A DNA stretch of 64,000 bases from Candidatus Micrarchaeota archaeon (GCA_016194335.1 JACQBR010000001.1:19460-83459); one strand, 5' to 3'; counted from the first letter of the stretch, positions 37,674-47,248 are shown. Numbers and translations: made by a program. The notes: a model not told the origin generated them from the sequence alone.

Positions 37674-38630
37674 ATGGGAAAGAAAAGCCCGCGCCGCGGT
37701 TCGCTTGCGTATTGGCACCGCGGCCGCGCGAAGAGGATGGTCCCCCGCATCAGAAGCTGGAACTCCAGGGGTGCCGCAGGCCTGGCGGGATTCGCTGGCT
37801 ACAAGGCGGGCATGGCAAGCGTGCTCATGGTAGATGACACCGGTTCCCCCACCGACGGCGCGCAGGTCGTTTCCCCAGTTACCGTAATCGAGGTTCCCCC
37901 TCTTTACATTTATTCAATAGAGGCGTTCGCGCCAACCCCCGTGGGTCTCAAGAAGGTCGGCGAACTCACCGCGCCAAACGCGCCCAAGCAACTTCACCGT
38001 TCCATCACCTCGGCAAAGAAGCCCAAAACCCTTCCGGATGTTTTCGTGAAGCTGAGCGCAAGCGAATACCGCATTGTCGCGGCGTGCCAGCCGTGGAAGT
38101 CCGGTCTTGGGAAGAAGACTCCTGAAATGGTTGAAATTGCCATTTCCGGAAACGCCCAGGAACAGCTCAACTACGCCAAAGGCGTTCTGGGAAAGGAAAT
38201 TCCGGCTTCAGAAGTGCTTAAGGCAGGGGACTTTATCGACGCTGTCGCAGTCACCATCGGCCGCGGATGGCAGGGAGTGGTGAAGCGCAGGGGCGTTTCC
38301 CTATCGACGCACAAGTCCACCGGCGCGCGAAGGCACGGCGGAAGCATCGGCGGCGAGAGGCAGGCAAAGGTCTTCTACACCATCCCCCGCGCCGGGCAGC
38401 ACGGGTTCCACCGCCGCACCGACGCGAACAAGCGCGTTTTGCTCACCGGCAATTCCGCGGATTCCGCCTTCTCAAAAACCCAGTTCCTCCGCTACGGCAC
38501 GCTCAAATCGGCATTCATCGCAGTGCGCGGCAGCGTGCCCGGACCGGCAAAGCGCTTCATCTGCCTGCGCAAGTCCCTTGAGAAGAACTCGGCGAAAGTG
38601 CCGCAAATAATCCAGGCCATTCAGCGTTAG
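37674..38630 (+). CDS. rpl3: 50S ribosomal protein L3
   Basis: MGKKSPRRGSLAYWHRGRAKRM archaeal L3 N-terminus; 318 aa. Confidence 0.9.
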   Translation: MGKKSPRRGSLAYWHRGRAKRMVPRIRSWNSRGAAGLAGFAGYKAGMASVLMVDDTGSPTDGAQVVSPVTVIEVPPLYIYSIEAFAPTPVGLKKVGELTAPNAPKQLHRSITSAKKPKTLPDVFVKLSASEYRIVAACQPWKSGLGKKTPEMVEIAISGNAQEQLNYAKGVLGKEIPASEVLKAGDFIDAVAVTIGRGWQGVVKRRGVSLSTHKSTGARRHGGSIGGERQAKVFYTIPRAGQHGFHRRTDANKRVLLTGNSADSAFSKTQFLRYGTLKSAFIAVRGSVPGPAKRFICLRKSLEKNSAKVPQIIQAIQR

Positions 38631-38733
38631 GCTAAATCATTGCGAAAGATTATTCCAGAACAAAAATCATTTTTAAAAAAAACAAGCAATAAATCATTCT
38701 CAAAAAATCCAGACACACATTCGCAAAGCGGTT

Positions 38734-39549
38734 TTGAAAAAAATGGCCAATAACGCAAGCGTGCTTGATTTTTCGGGAAAGAGCGAGGGGCAGGTGGCCC
38801 TGCCTCCGCAGTTTGACGAGCCTGTCAGGCCCGACCTCATTTCCCGCGCCGCGCACGCGCAGTTCACCCTCACGCTGCAGCCAAAGGGCGCGTTCCCGCT
38901 TGCGGGCATGGCGACTTCCGCCGAGTACTTCGGCCGCAGGCACGAGCCCCGCCAGACGATCAACACCGGCCGCTCCCGCCTTCCCCGCGAGAAGCTCGCC
39001 GACAACCGCCTTGGCCGCGTGAGGCAAGTGCCCCATTCGGTAACCGGGAGGCGCGCGCACCCCCCAAAGCCCTACACTGTCCTCGTGGAGAAGATCAACT
39101 TCAAGGAAAAGATGAAGGCCATCCGCTCGGCAATCGCCGCCACTGCCGATGACGGCACGGTCCGCAAACGCGGGCACAAGTTTTCCTGCGCACTCCCGAT
39201 TGTGGTGGATTCCAATTTCGAGTCAATCAAGAAATCAGGCGAATCGAGAAATGCGCTCGAGGGCCTGGGGCTTTCCGAAGACCTCAGGCGCGCACGCGAG
39301 GGAAGGAGGATGCGCTCGGGCCGCGCGAGGCTGCGCAAGGGAGGCTACCGCTCCACAAGCAGCGTCCTTATCGTCTACGGCAAGGACTCCGGCGTCTGGC
39401 GCGCCACCCGCAACATTCCCGGAGTGGATGCGGTGGCCGTGGAGAAGCTCGATGTCGGCCTGCTCGCGCCGGGCGGAGTGCCCGGAAGGCTCACCGTATG
39501 GACGAGGGGCGCGATTGAAAAACTCGGGAAGGAAAGGCTTTACCTCTAA
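38734..39549 (+). CDS. rpl4: 50S ribosomal protein L4
   Basis: Archaeal L4/L1e similarity (VRPDLISRAAHAQ..; GRRAHPPKP); operon position. Confidence 0.85.
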   Translation: MKKMANNASVLDFSGKSEGQVALPPQFDEPVRPDLISRAAHAQFTLTLQPKGAFPLAGMATSAEYFGRRHEPRQTINTGRSRLPREKLADNRLGRVRQVPHSVTGRRAHPPKPYTVLVEKINFKEKMKAIRSAIAATADDGTVRKRGHKFSCALPIVVDSNFESIKKSGESRNALEGLGLSEDLRRAREGRRMRSGRARLRKGGYRSTSSVLIVYGKDSGVWRATRNIPGVDAVAVEKLDVGLLAPGGVPGRLTVWTRGAIEKLGKERLYL

Positions 39550-39566
39550 AAAACAAGTGGACGAAG

Positions 39567-39821
39567 ATGGCTTCAATAATCCTTTACGCACTGTCGACCG
39601 AACGCGCAATTTCATCAATTGAACGGCGCAACACCCTCACGCTCGTCGTTTCGCGCACAGCCACGAAAAAGCAGATTAAGCAAGAGGTAGAAAAGCAATT
39701 CAACGCCAAGGTCTCGGCAGTTTCAACCTTGATCACCCCCACGGGAAAGAAGAAGGCATTCGTGCGCTTCGCAAAGGCGGGAGAGGCGGCGGACGTGGCG
39801 TCGAAACTCAAGATTATCTAA
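39567..39821 (+). CDS. rpl23: 50S ribosomal protein L23
   Basis: 84 aa, L23 fold sequence; position L4-L23-L2. Confidence 0.85.
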   Translation: MASIILYALSTERAISSIERRNTLTLVVSRTATKKQIKQEVEKQFNAKVSAVSTLITPTGKKKAFVRFAKAGEAADVASKLKII

Positions 39822-39854
39822 ATGCGCTCATGAATGTTAGGAAAGTGACTTGAA

Positions 39855-40607
39855 ATGGGAAAGCCTCTGATAAACCAACGCCGCGGCAAGGGATCCAGCA
39901 CCTTCAGGCGCCCCGACCACCGTTTTCTCGCGCCCATTTTCTATCCCCACTTCATCTATTCCCCAGCCGGCATCGTTGGGCAGGTGACGGCCATCCTTGA
40001 CGACATCGCCCGCAGCACGCCCGTGGTCGAAGTCGCCCTCGAGGACGGCAGGCGTTTTCTTTCGCTCGCCTGCGAAGGCATCGCAATCGGCGACAAGCTT
40101 CCCATCGGGAAGGCGGAAAGGCCCGCGCTCGGCGCCATCCTCCCGCTTGGCGCGATTCCGGACGGCACTCCGGTTTTCGACGTTGAGTTCTCCCCCCGCG
40201 ACGGCGGGAAAATCGCCCGCACGAGCGGCACGAGCGCACTCGTCATAGCCCACGAGGAGGAAACGGGCGCGGTGATGATGCAGCTTTCCTCCAAAAAGAC
40301 GGTTTCACTTTCCCCCAACTGCTTCGCAACCGTCGGCGTTGCCGCAGGCGGCGGGAGGCTCGAAAAGCCCCTGCTCAAGGCGGGCAACGCCTCGAAGGCC
40401 GCCCGCGCGCGCGGAAGGTATTACCCCATCGTTCGCGGCACGGCGATGAGCGCCTACGACCATCCCCACGGGGGACGCAGCTTCGGCAAGAGCACCACCA
40501 TCGCGCGCACCTCGCCGCCGGGGCAGAAGGTCGGATTGCTCGCAGCGCGCACTTCGGGCCGCAGGAAGGGAAGGAAGTCGCAGGGTTCGGAAGGCACAGG
40601 CGGTTAA
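39855..40607 (+). CDS. rpl2: 50S ribosomal protein L2
   Basis: MGKPLINQRRGKGSSTFRRP..; GTAMSAYDHPHGG motif; 250 aa. Confidence 0.9.
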   Translation: MGKPLINQRRGKGSSTFRRPDHRFLAPIFYPHFIYSPAGIVGQVTAILDDIARSTPVVEVALEDGRRFLSLACEGIAIGDKLPIGKAERPALGAILPLGAIPDGTPVFDVEFSPRDGGKIARTSGTSALVIAHEEETGAVMMQLSSKKTVSLSPNCFATVGVAAGGGRLEKPLLKAGNASKAARARGRYYPIVRGTAMSAYDHPHGGRSFGKSTTIARTSPPGQKVGLLAARTSGRRKGRKSQGSEGTGG

Positions 40608-40633
40608 ATAAAAAAATCAGGAGACTAAAAAAA

Positions 40634-41020
40634 ATGGCAAGAAAATTCTCTTTTCACGGACGGACTGCGGAGGAAGTGAAGACACTCACGCTTGACGAGT
40701 TCCTCAAGCTCATCCCCTCGAAGGTGCGCCGCACGATGCGCCGCATGCCGATGCAGGTGAGGAAGTTCATCGAGAAATTCCGCGACGACAGGAAGAAGGG
40801 AAAGCAGTTCAAGACCACCATCCGGGAGATGGTCATCCTTCCCGAGATGGTCGACTCCCACGTTTTTGTCTACAACGGCAATTCCTACGTTGATGTTTTC
40901 GTCACTCCCGACATGCTCGGCAAGAGGCTGGGCGAGTTTTCCCACACCACCAAGATGGTGCGCCACAGCGGCCCCGGAATCGGGGCAACGCGCGGGTCCA
41001 AGACCGTCGAACTGAAGTAA
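40634..41020 (+). CDS. rps19: 30S ribosomal protein S19
   Basis: ..GPGIGATRGSK S19 signature; 128 aa. Confidence 0.9.
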   Translation: MARKFSFHGRTAEEVKTLTLDEFLKLIPSKVRRTMRRMPMQVRKFIEKFRDDRKKGKQFKTTIREMVILPEMVDSHVFVYNGNSYVDVFVTPDMLGKRLGEFSHTTKMVRHSGPGIGATRGSKTVELK

Positions 41021-41033
41021 GTGATTTGGCCCC

Positions 41034-41909
41034 ATGAGTTTCTACAAGTACTCGCTCGAATTCGACCCGGCAAAATCGGGGCGCAGCCAGGGCTACGACA
41101 TTGACGCGTCGTACAAGGACCTCGCGCAGGCGTGCAAGGCGATGGAAGGCCGCAGCGTCTCCGCCGCCCGCAAGCTGCTCGAGGAGGCCATCGAGCTGAA
41201 GAAGCCGATACGCTTCTACAAGTTCAACAAGGGGATGGGCCACCGCTCCCAGCTCGGGGGCAAGAAGGGAAAGTTCCCCCGCAAGGAATGCCGGCTGCTT
41301 CTTAAGATACTCGCCAACGCATATTCCAACGCCCTTTCCAACGGCGTTGAGGGGAAGGACGCCGTCGTCCTTCACGCCATTGCTTACAAGCAGAACGCAT
41401 TCCCCCGCTACAGGCGTTTTTTCGTCAGCAGCCACACCATCGGATACGGCAAGCAGGCCATCCGCTCGGATTACGTCACCGCCCGAGTGGAGATGGTGGT
41501 GGGCGAGAAGGGGACAAAGCGCGCGCCCGCCCTGACAACCGCGCAGAAGGCTTCGCTCAAGAAGAAAATGAAACAGGAAAGGAATGCGGCGCAAGAGGCA
41601 ATGAAGAAGGCGGACGAGAAGAAGGCCGGGAAGAAGCAGGAAACGAAGGCCGAACCCAAGAGCGAAGCGAAGAATGAAGAGAAGGCTGAAGTGAAGAGGG
41701 ACACGATGCGCGAAGCCGATTCTAAGCACGAAGCGAAACAGGAAACGGGACGCGAATCCAAAAGCGAAGTCAAGCACGAACTCAAACCCGAAGTCAAGCC
41801 CGAAACAGGACTCGGACTCAAACTCGAAGTTAGGGCGGAATCAGGACGCGAGTCCAAGCCAGAATCAAAAGTAGAAGTCAAGGCCGAATTGGGGCACGGC
41901 CAAAAATAG
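41034..41909 (+). CDS. rpl22: 50S ribosomal protein L22 with ~120-aa K/E-rich C-terminal extension
   Basis: L22 core aa 1-165; tail KKADEKKAGKKQETKAEPKSEAKNEEKAEVK.. repetitive. Confidence 0.8.
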   Translation: MSFYKYSLEFDPAKSGRSQGYDIDASYKDLAQACKAMEGRSVSAARKLLEEAIELKKPIRFYKFNKGMGHRSQLGGKKGKFPRKECRLLLKILANAYSNALSNGVEGKDAVVLHAIAYKQNAFPRYRRFFVSSHTIGYGKQAIRSDYVTARVEMVVGEKGTKRAPALTTAQKASLKKKMKQERNAAQEAMKKADEKKAGKKQETKAEPKSEAKNEEKAEVKRDTMREADSKHEAKQETGRESKSEVKHELKPEVKPETGLGLKLEVRAESGRESKPESKVEVKAELGHGQK

Positions 41910-41960
41910 TTTTTTCCGTTAAAATTTTTTCAGCATCTGAAAGGGAGAAATTGAAATTGC

Positions 41961-42839
41961 TTGGCAACTGAAAAGAAATTCATCCAAAAGGCGTTTGCGG
42001 ACTTCGGCATCAAGGAGTTTTTGGGCAAGTACCTCGACCGCGCGGGCGTTTCGAAGGTCACCGTAGCAAAGACGCCCATCGCAACCCGAATCACCATCGA
42101 GGTGCAGCGCCCTGGGATCGTGGTGGGCAAGGGCGGCGAGTCCATCACCCGCGTCTCCCGCGAGCTCAAGGTCCGTTTCGGGATTGAAAACCCGCAGATT
42201 GAAGTCGTCGAGGTTCCCGTCCCTTCGCTTGACGCGAAGCTGGTTGCAGAAAGGATAGGTCGGCAGATTGAGCTGCGGGGCAATGTCAAGCAGGCGCTGC
42301 GCATAGCGCTTCGCGAAATCATGGATGCCGGCGCAGTGGGCGCAGAAATCCGCGTTGCCGGAAAGATTGTCGGCAAGGGCGGGAAGGCAAAGGCGCTTAC
42401 GGTAAGGCAGGGTTACCTCAAGAAATCGGGGGACACCATCAAGCTCGTCCGCGAAGGCAGGTACACCGCATACCCCAAGGCAGGCGCAATCGGCGTTTCA
42501 GTGAAGATTCTCCCACCCGGCACAAAATTTGACGACAAGCCCAGCCTCCTCAAGCTCCGGGCGCTTGGCAAGGAGATGGAAGCCAAGAAGGCGGCTGAAA
42601 CGGCGTTGGCACAGCCTTCGGAAGCGGCAGTTGAGGCCAATGAAGAGGGCGCCGCCCAAGGCGGGGCGGAGAATGCCCCGCAACAGGCGGAAGAAAAGCC
42701 CGTTGAGGGGAAGGCTGAAGTGAAAGTGAAGACGCCCAAGCGCAACAGGAGAAAGAAGGAAAAGGACGCCGAAGGGGAGAGCGGGGGCGTTGAACTGCCT
42801 CCAGAAGACGGGCCTGCCGGCGAGCCCGCCGCAGAGTGA
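41961..42839 (+). CDS. rps3: 30S ribosomal protein S3 (KH domain) with A/E/K-rich C-terminal tail
   Basis: GIVVGKGGESI KH motif; 292 aa. Confidence 0.9.
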   Translation: MATEKKFIQKAFADFGIKEFLGKYLDRAGVSKVTVAKTPIATRITIEVQRPGIVVGKGGESITRVSRELKVRFGIENPQIEVVEVPVPSLDAKLVAERIGRQIELRGNVKQALRIALREIMDAGAVGAEIRVAGKIVGKGGKAKALTVRQGYLKKSGDTIKLVREGRYTAYPKAGAIGVSVKILPPGTKFDDKPSLLKLRALGKEMEAKKAAETALAQPSEAAVEANEEGAAQGGAENAPQQAEEKPVEGKAEVKVKTPKRNRRKKEKDAEGESGGVELPPEDGPAGEPAAE

Positions 42840-42958
42840 GATTACAAGTTGTAAGATTGGCCATACTGCCAGTTGGCAAGTCGCAAAGTAAATTTTGAAT
42901 TTGGGAAGTGCGTTTGAAAAGTCGCAATAAGCAGAATTTGGGAAGTGCATATTACCAC

Positions 42959-43243
42959 ATGGCCATAATCAAGAAATCGCAGATTCGGGAAATGGGTGCG
43001 GAAGAGATCTCCAAAAAAGAGCAGGAGCTTGACGCGGAGATTGTAAGGGAGAACATGTCCAAACACTCCACGGGCAAGCCGTCCAACCCCGGCAGGCTCC
43101 GCGCGCTTCGCCGCATGCGCGCCACTCTCCTCACCATTCTTGCGCAGAAGAAAAAGCCCGTGGCAAAAGAAGCGGCCAAGGCTGCCGCAAGCCAATCCCC
43201 CAAGATTCCCGCGGCACCGGCCCCGACGGCAAAAAAGGCCTGA
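42959..43243 (+). CDS. rpl29: 50S ribosomal protein L29 with A/K-rich tail
   Basis: MAIIKKSQIREMGAEEISKKEQELDAEIV from internal Met of ORF 42908..43243. Confidence 0.75.
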   Translation: MAIIKKSQIREMGAEEISKKEQELDAEIVRENMSKHSTGKPSNPGRLRALRRMRATLLTILAQKKKPVAKEAAKAAASQSPKIPAAPAPTAKKA

Positions 43244-43350
43244 AAGCAAGAACGGGGCGCGCCGGGGGGATAGGCGGGGAGAGGGCGCAAGCCATTAAAT
43301 ACCCGGTTTTCCATAACAATGGTTCAGTCATAAAGGAGGATTAACCCTAG

Positions 43351-43656
43351 TTGCCAGAAATCTGTGACATTTGCGGACTGCCCAAGGACATCTGCGCCTG
43401 CGACACTATAGAGAAGCAGACGACGCAGAGGCTCAAGATCTACACTGTTTCGAAGAAGTTCAAGAAGCTCGTCACCATCGTCGACGGGCTCAAGGGCGAG
43501 GAGCTTTCCTCAACCACGAAATTCCTCAAGCACAAGCTGGCCTGCGGCGGGTCCCACAAGGAAGGCGTGGTGGAGCTGCAGGGAAACCACAAGGACAAGG
43601 TCAAGGCCCACCTCATCGAGATGGGATACCCCGCCGAAGCGATAAGCGTGGTTTAG
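43351..43656 (+). CDS. sui1: translation initiation factor SUI1 (aSUI1/eIF1)
   Basis: VVELQGNHKDKVKAHLIEMGY SUI1 C-terminal motif; N-terminal Cys cluster; 101 aa. Confidence 0.85.
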   Translation: MPEICDICGLPKDICACDTIEKQTTQRLKIYTVSKKFKKLVTIVDGLKGEELSSTTKFLKHKLACGGSHKEGVVELQGNHKDKVKAHLIEMGYPAEAISVV

Positions 43657-43711
43657 AAAAAGCACGAAAAACTAATTTTTCCGCAACTACAATCAGGCGG
43701 GCATTGGAATT

Positions 43712-43927
43712 TCAAGCGTGGCCGTAAGGCGCGTTCCCTGCCTCTTTCTGATTTCCCCGAGTTCCCTCGGGAGTGAGGCATTCCAAATGCAATTCGAGAG
43801 CTTCCTTAAGGTTGGCGAGAGCCCCCTCGACGGTATCGCCCTGCGACGCCACGTCCAGGTCGGGGGACCAGGCGGAGAATGAATTCCCCTCATGGATTAC
43901 GACCACTGAGAATCCAAGGAGCTGCAT
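43712..43927 (-). CDS. hicB: HicB-family antitoxin (UPF0150)
   Basis: FSAWSPDLDVASQGDTVEGALANLKEALELHLE matches HicB core (YSAxVPDLPGCxxQGDTxEEAxxNxKEAI). Confidence 0.65.
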   Translation of the reverse strand: MQLLGFSVVVIHEGNSFSAWSPDLDVASQGDTVEGALANLKEALELHLECLTPEGTRGNQKEAGNAPYGHA

Positions 43928-44027
43928 GATTAGTTCTTGTTTCTGGCGGCTTATGTTTGTTTGTCGCCTTCTTCTATTTCAAAGGCGCTTCCTGATGTCG
44001 TTGCCTGTAGTTTAGGGAAAGGAGGTT

Positions 44028-44390
44028 GTGAAAGCATTGGTAAAGCAGGGCTTCTCAATCCAGCGCCAGAAGGGAAGCCGCGTCCATCTGTTTAAAACCG
44101 CTGAAAGGGAACGCCTGCGGGTGACCGTTCCGGTTCATGGCAACCGCGACTTGAATCCTTTTGTTTTATCCTTTTGTTTTCCGTTCGATAGCGAGGCAGG
44201 CCGGATATTCGCCCGAGGAGTTTTCGGATTTGTTCTAGGCCCTTCGCCTCATACGCTTTTAAAAGCATATTCCCACAAGAACAGTAATGGACAAGTTCAC
44301 GGACGGGCAGAGGGAATTCCTGCTCGGGGAGTTCATCGGTTCGGCCGTCAGGGTCGCGAGGAGTTCCCACCGCGAGTACCTTTCGATTGA
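44028..44390 (+). CDS. hicA: HicA-like toxin, possibly degenerate/read-through (TTG start after AAGGAGG)
   Basis: N-terminal 45 aa KALVKQGFSIQRQKGSRVHLFK..RVTVPVHGNRDLNP = HicA; then diverges at a tandem TCCTTTTGTTTT duplication and runs into rnp1. Confidence 0.45.
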   Translation: MKALVKQGFSIQRQKGSRVHLFKTAERERLRVTVPVHGNRDLNPFVLSFCFPFDSEAGRIFARGVFGFVLGPSPHTLLKAYSHKNSNGQVHGRAEGIPARGVHRFGRQGREEFPPRVPFD

Positions 44391-44568
44391 AGGCCGCGTC
44401 GTTGATGAGACGGCGCGGACGTTTGAAGTGCATACCGGGAAGGGCATCAGGCGAGTGCCTAAGAATTGCTGCCACTTCGCCTTTCCCGATGCGAACCTCG
44501 TCGTGGACGGAAGGCTCCTGATAGGGAAGCCCGAAGACCGCACGAAAAGGCTTTACGGGAAGCTGTAA
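44287..44568 (+). CDS. rnp1: RNase P protein component 1 (Rpp29/Pop4)
   Basis: 93 aa; GSAVRVARSSHREYLSIEGRVVDETARTFEV..GKPEDR Rpp29-like; canonical position before rps17. Confidence 0.75.
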   Translation: MDKFTDGQREFLLGEFIGSAVRVARSSHREYLSIEGRVVDETARTFEVHTGKGIRRVPKNCCHFAFPDANLVVDGRLLIGKPEDRTKRLYGKL

Positions 44569-44650
44569 AGGCCCAATTGAAGCGCATTTGGTTTTGCGCA
44601 TTTAGGCGCATGCATCTTTGCGCTTAGAGCCTGAAGAGTGTTTTTGGTTG

Positions 44651-44992
44651 ATGGGAACAATGCACGCAAAAACTCCCGAAGTTTCCTGCAACGACGCGCG
44701 CTGCCCAATGCACGGGGGGCTAAAGACGCGCGGCGCGGTGAGAAACGGCGCGGTAGAGAGCCTCAAGGCCCGCAAGACCGCAGTCATCAAGCTTTCCTAC
44801 ATACGCAAGGTCCCCAAGTACGAAAGGACCGAAAAGCGCAGGGGGAAGATCCACGCCCACGTGCCCGAGTGCCTCCACCTCAAGGTCGGGGACGCGGTGG
44901 AGTTTGCGGAATGCCGCAAGCTCTCCAAGACCAAGGCGCACGTGGTTACCAAAGTCCTCGCGCCTTCCGGCTTGTGGGCTAAGAAGGAATGA
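44651..44992 (+). CDS. rps17: 30S ribosomal protein S17
   Basis: CNDARCPMHGGLKTRG..KYERTEKRRGKIHAHVPECLHLKVGD; internal Met start. Confidence 0.85.
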   Translation: MGTMHAKTPEVSCNDARCPMHGGLKTRGAVRNGAVESLKARKTAVIKLSYIRKVPKYERTEKRRGKIHAHVPECLHLKVGDAVEFAECRKLSKTKAHVVTKVLAPSGLWAKKE

Positions 44993-45013
44993 TTCTGAAC
45001 AAGTGAAACGCAC

Positions 45014-45412
45014 ATGGCCCTCGGAATTCCCGCACGCATGACCCGCGGCATAATGTCCGGCACGCAGCTTGTCTGCGACGACAACTCCGGGGCCAAAATC
45101 GTCGAGGTCATCGAGGTCCTGGGCCGCAGGGGCAGGTTGCGCAGGCAGCCCAGCGCTGGCGTTGCCGACATCGTCATTGTCGCCGTGAAGAAGGGCAAGC
45201 CGGAAATGGTGAAGAAGAAGGAGCGCGCGGTGATAATCCGGCAGAAGCGCGAGTTCGCCCGCGGCAAGGAGCGCGTGCGCTTTACCGAAAACGCCTGCGC
45301 GATCATCGACGAGAAGGGCCTGCCGAAAAGCACGGAAATCAAGGGGTGCGTCGCGAGGGAAATCGCCGACAAGTTCCCCAAGGTCATCGGCCTCGCCTCA
45401 AGCGTAGTCTAA
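45014..45412 (+). CDS. rpl14: 50S ribosomal protein L14
   Basis: GTQLVCDDNSGAKIVEVIEVLG L14 signature; 132 aa. Confidence 0.9.
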   Translation: MALGIPARMTRGIMSGTQLVCDDNSGAKIVEVIEVLGRRGRLRRQPSAGVADIVIVAVKKGKPEMVKKKERAVIIRQKREFARGKERVRFTENACAIIDEKGLPKSTEIKGCVAREIADKFPKVIGLASSVV

Positions 45413-45439
45413 AATTAGAGAAAACCAGCGGTTATTGAA

Positions 45440-45796
45440 ATGAAGTTTCTCAAGGCACTTTCGTCCCAACCCCGCAAGCAGAGGAAGGCCGCCTACAACG
45501 CGCCCCTCCACCGGGCGGCAAAGTCGCTTCACGCCCACCTCAGCCGCGAGTTGAGGAAGGCCCACGGCCGCAGGAGCGCCCGCGTGCGCAAGGGCGACAG
45601 GGTGAAGGTCCTCTCCGGAGGGCACAGGGGCGCGGTGGGAACCGTTTCGCGCGTATTTGCCCAAGAGGGGAAGGTGGCGCTTGAAGGCGCGGTTGCAAGG
45701 AAGCAGGCGGGCCGCGAAGTTCCGGCGTCCATTCCCGCCAGTTCGTTAGTGATTACGCAACTTGCGGAAAAGCACTTCATCAGGAAGGAGAAATAA
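45440..45796 (+). CDS. rpl24: 50S ribosomal protein L24 (KOW)
   Basis: RVRKGDRVKVLSGGHRGAVGTV KOW motif. Confidence 0.85.
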   Translation: MKFLKALSSQPRKQRKAAYNAPLHRAAKSLHAHLSRELRKAHGRRSARVRKGDRVKVLSGGHRGAVGTVSRVFAQEGKVALEGAVARKQAGREVPASIPASSLVITQLAEKHFIRKEK

Positions 45797-45962
45797 CCCA
45801 GAATGACTCTTCCCAAAATTTCCGGGCAATAAATCCGCAAAACAAGACATCTCAAAAAAACAAAGCCCATCTAGGATTCAATATCAAGAAACCAATCAAA
45901 TCCAATAATCCGGAATGCATCGCAATTCATCCCGAAAAACATCTCCAGAATCGTGGTTTCAC

Positions 45963-46676
45963 ATGGCAGGTCATGGAAGGAAAAGGCATTTCAAGCGCCT
46001 GGCGGCGCCGAAGCTTGTGTCGATTGGCCGCAAGAAGGCCCGCTATCTCCGCGCGCCGTTTGCCGGCAGGCACAAGAAGGGCGAGGCATTCTCGCTTCTG
46101 GTCCTTTTGCGCGACGTCCTCAAACTTGCGCGGGACCGCGGCGAGGCAAAGCGCGTCCTCTCTGGCGGCATGGTCCTCGTTGACGGCGCTGCCCGCAGGG
46201 ACGAGGCGTTTCCGGTAGGCCTCATGGACACCGTTTCCATCCCCGAGCAGGGGCTTCATTTCCGCATCGTCGTCGCCAACGGCAAGCTCTCCCCCGCCGT
46301 GATTTCCGAGAAGGAAGCTGGCGTGAAGCTCTGCAAGGTCGTGGGCAAGAGCCTCGTCCGCGGGGGCAAGATACAGCTTTCGTTCCACGACGGCCGCAGC
46401 CACATTATCGAGAGGGAGGAAGACCGCTTTTCCCTCGGCGACACGGTGAAGCTTTCCATCCCCGGCCAAAAGATTTCCGGTTTCATCAAGCTGGAGAAGG
46501 GCGCGCGCTGCTACATCCACCTCGGCAAGCACGCGGGCAAGCTCGCCAAGCTCGACGGGCTGCTCGAGCGCGCGGGAAGCACCGCCACCGACGCGAGCCT
46601 CACCGCCGACGCCGGGGAGAAGCTCATCACCAGGAAGAATTACGTTTTTGCAGTCGAGGACGATTTCAAGCTTTAG
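45963..46676 (+). CDS. rps4e: 30S ribosomal protein S4e
   Basis: MAGHGRKRHFKRLAAPK.. S4e N-terminus; internal Met of ORF 45915..46676. Confidence 0.85.
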   Translation: MAGHGRKRHFKRLAAPKLVSIGRKKARYLRAPFAGRHKKGEAFSLLVLLRDVLKLARDRGEAKRVLSGGMVLVDGAARRDEAFPVGLMDTVSIPEQGLHFRIVVANGKLSPAVISEKEAGVKLCKVVGKSLVRGGKIQLSFHDGRSHIIEREEDRFSLGDTVKLSIPGQKISGFIKLEKGARCYIHLGKHAGKLAKLDGLLERAGSTATDASLTADAGEKLITRKNYVFAVEDDFKL

Positions 46677-46696
46677 GCAACAAGTGGTTTTCATAC

Positions 46697-47248
46697 ATGG
46701 CCGAAGTGAAGAAGGAAAAAAGCGGCGGCAACCCCATGCTCGGGGTCAGGGTGGAGAAGGTCACGCTCAACATAGGCGTGGGAGAGGGCGGGGATAAGCT
46801 GCAGAACGCGAAGCTCCTCCTTGAGCGGTTGAGCGGCGCGAAGGCCGTGCTGACCAAGGCCCACAACCGCGCTCCCGAGTTCAAGATCCGCCAGGGCGAC
46901 CCGATTGGCACGAAGGTGACCTTGCGGCACGCCGCCGCAGTGGAGTTTCTCAGGAATGCCCTTGACGCGGTTGACTTCCGCATCCTTCCCCGTTCTATAG
47001 ACTCGTCGGGAAACGTCTCTTTCGGCGTGAAGGAGTACATTGACTTTCCCAATGCAAAGTACGACCCGAAAATCGGGATGCTGGGTTTTGACGTTTGCGT
47101 CACGCTCTCCAAGCCCGGCAGGAAGGTCGCGCTAAGGAAAATCAGGCGCGGCAAGCTCGGCATCCGCCAGCGCGTGAGCGCCCAGGAGGCCAAGGCGTTC
47201 ATGGAATCGCTCGGCGCAAACCTCAGCGAGGAAGAATCGGAAGAGTAA
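46697..47248 (+). CDS. rpl5: 50S ribosomal protein L5
   Basis: 183 aa; L5 conserved core; operon position. Confidence 0.9.
   Translation: MAEVKKEKSGGNPMLGVRVEKVTLNIGVGEGGDKLQNAKLLLERLSGAKAVLTKAHNRAPEFKIRQGDPIGTKVTLRHAAAVEFLRNALDAVDFRILPRSIDSSGNVSFGVKEYIDFPNAKYDPKIGMLGFDVCVTLSKPGRKVALRKIRRGKLGIRQRVSAQEAKAFMESLGANLSEEESEE

Noticed and set aside
40902-41777. 291-aa minus-strand ORF antisense to rpl22
   Set aside because: It overlaps the conserved L22 gene. It is a leucine/arginine-rich antisense frame of the K/E-rich extension.
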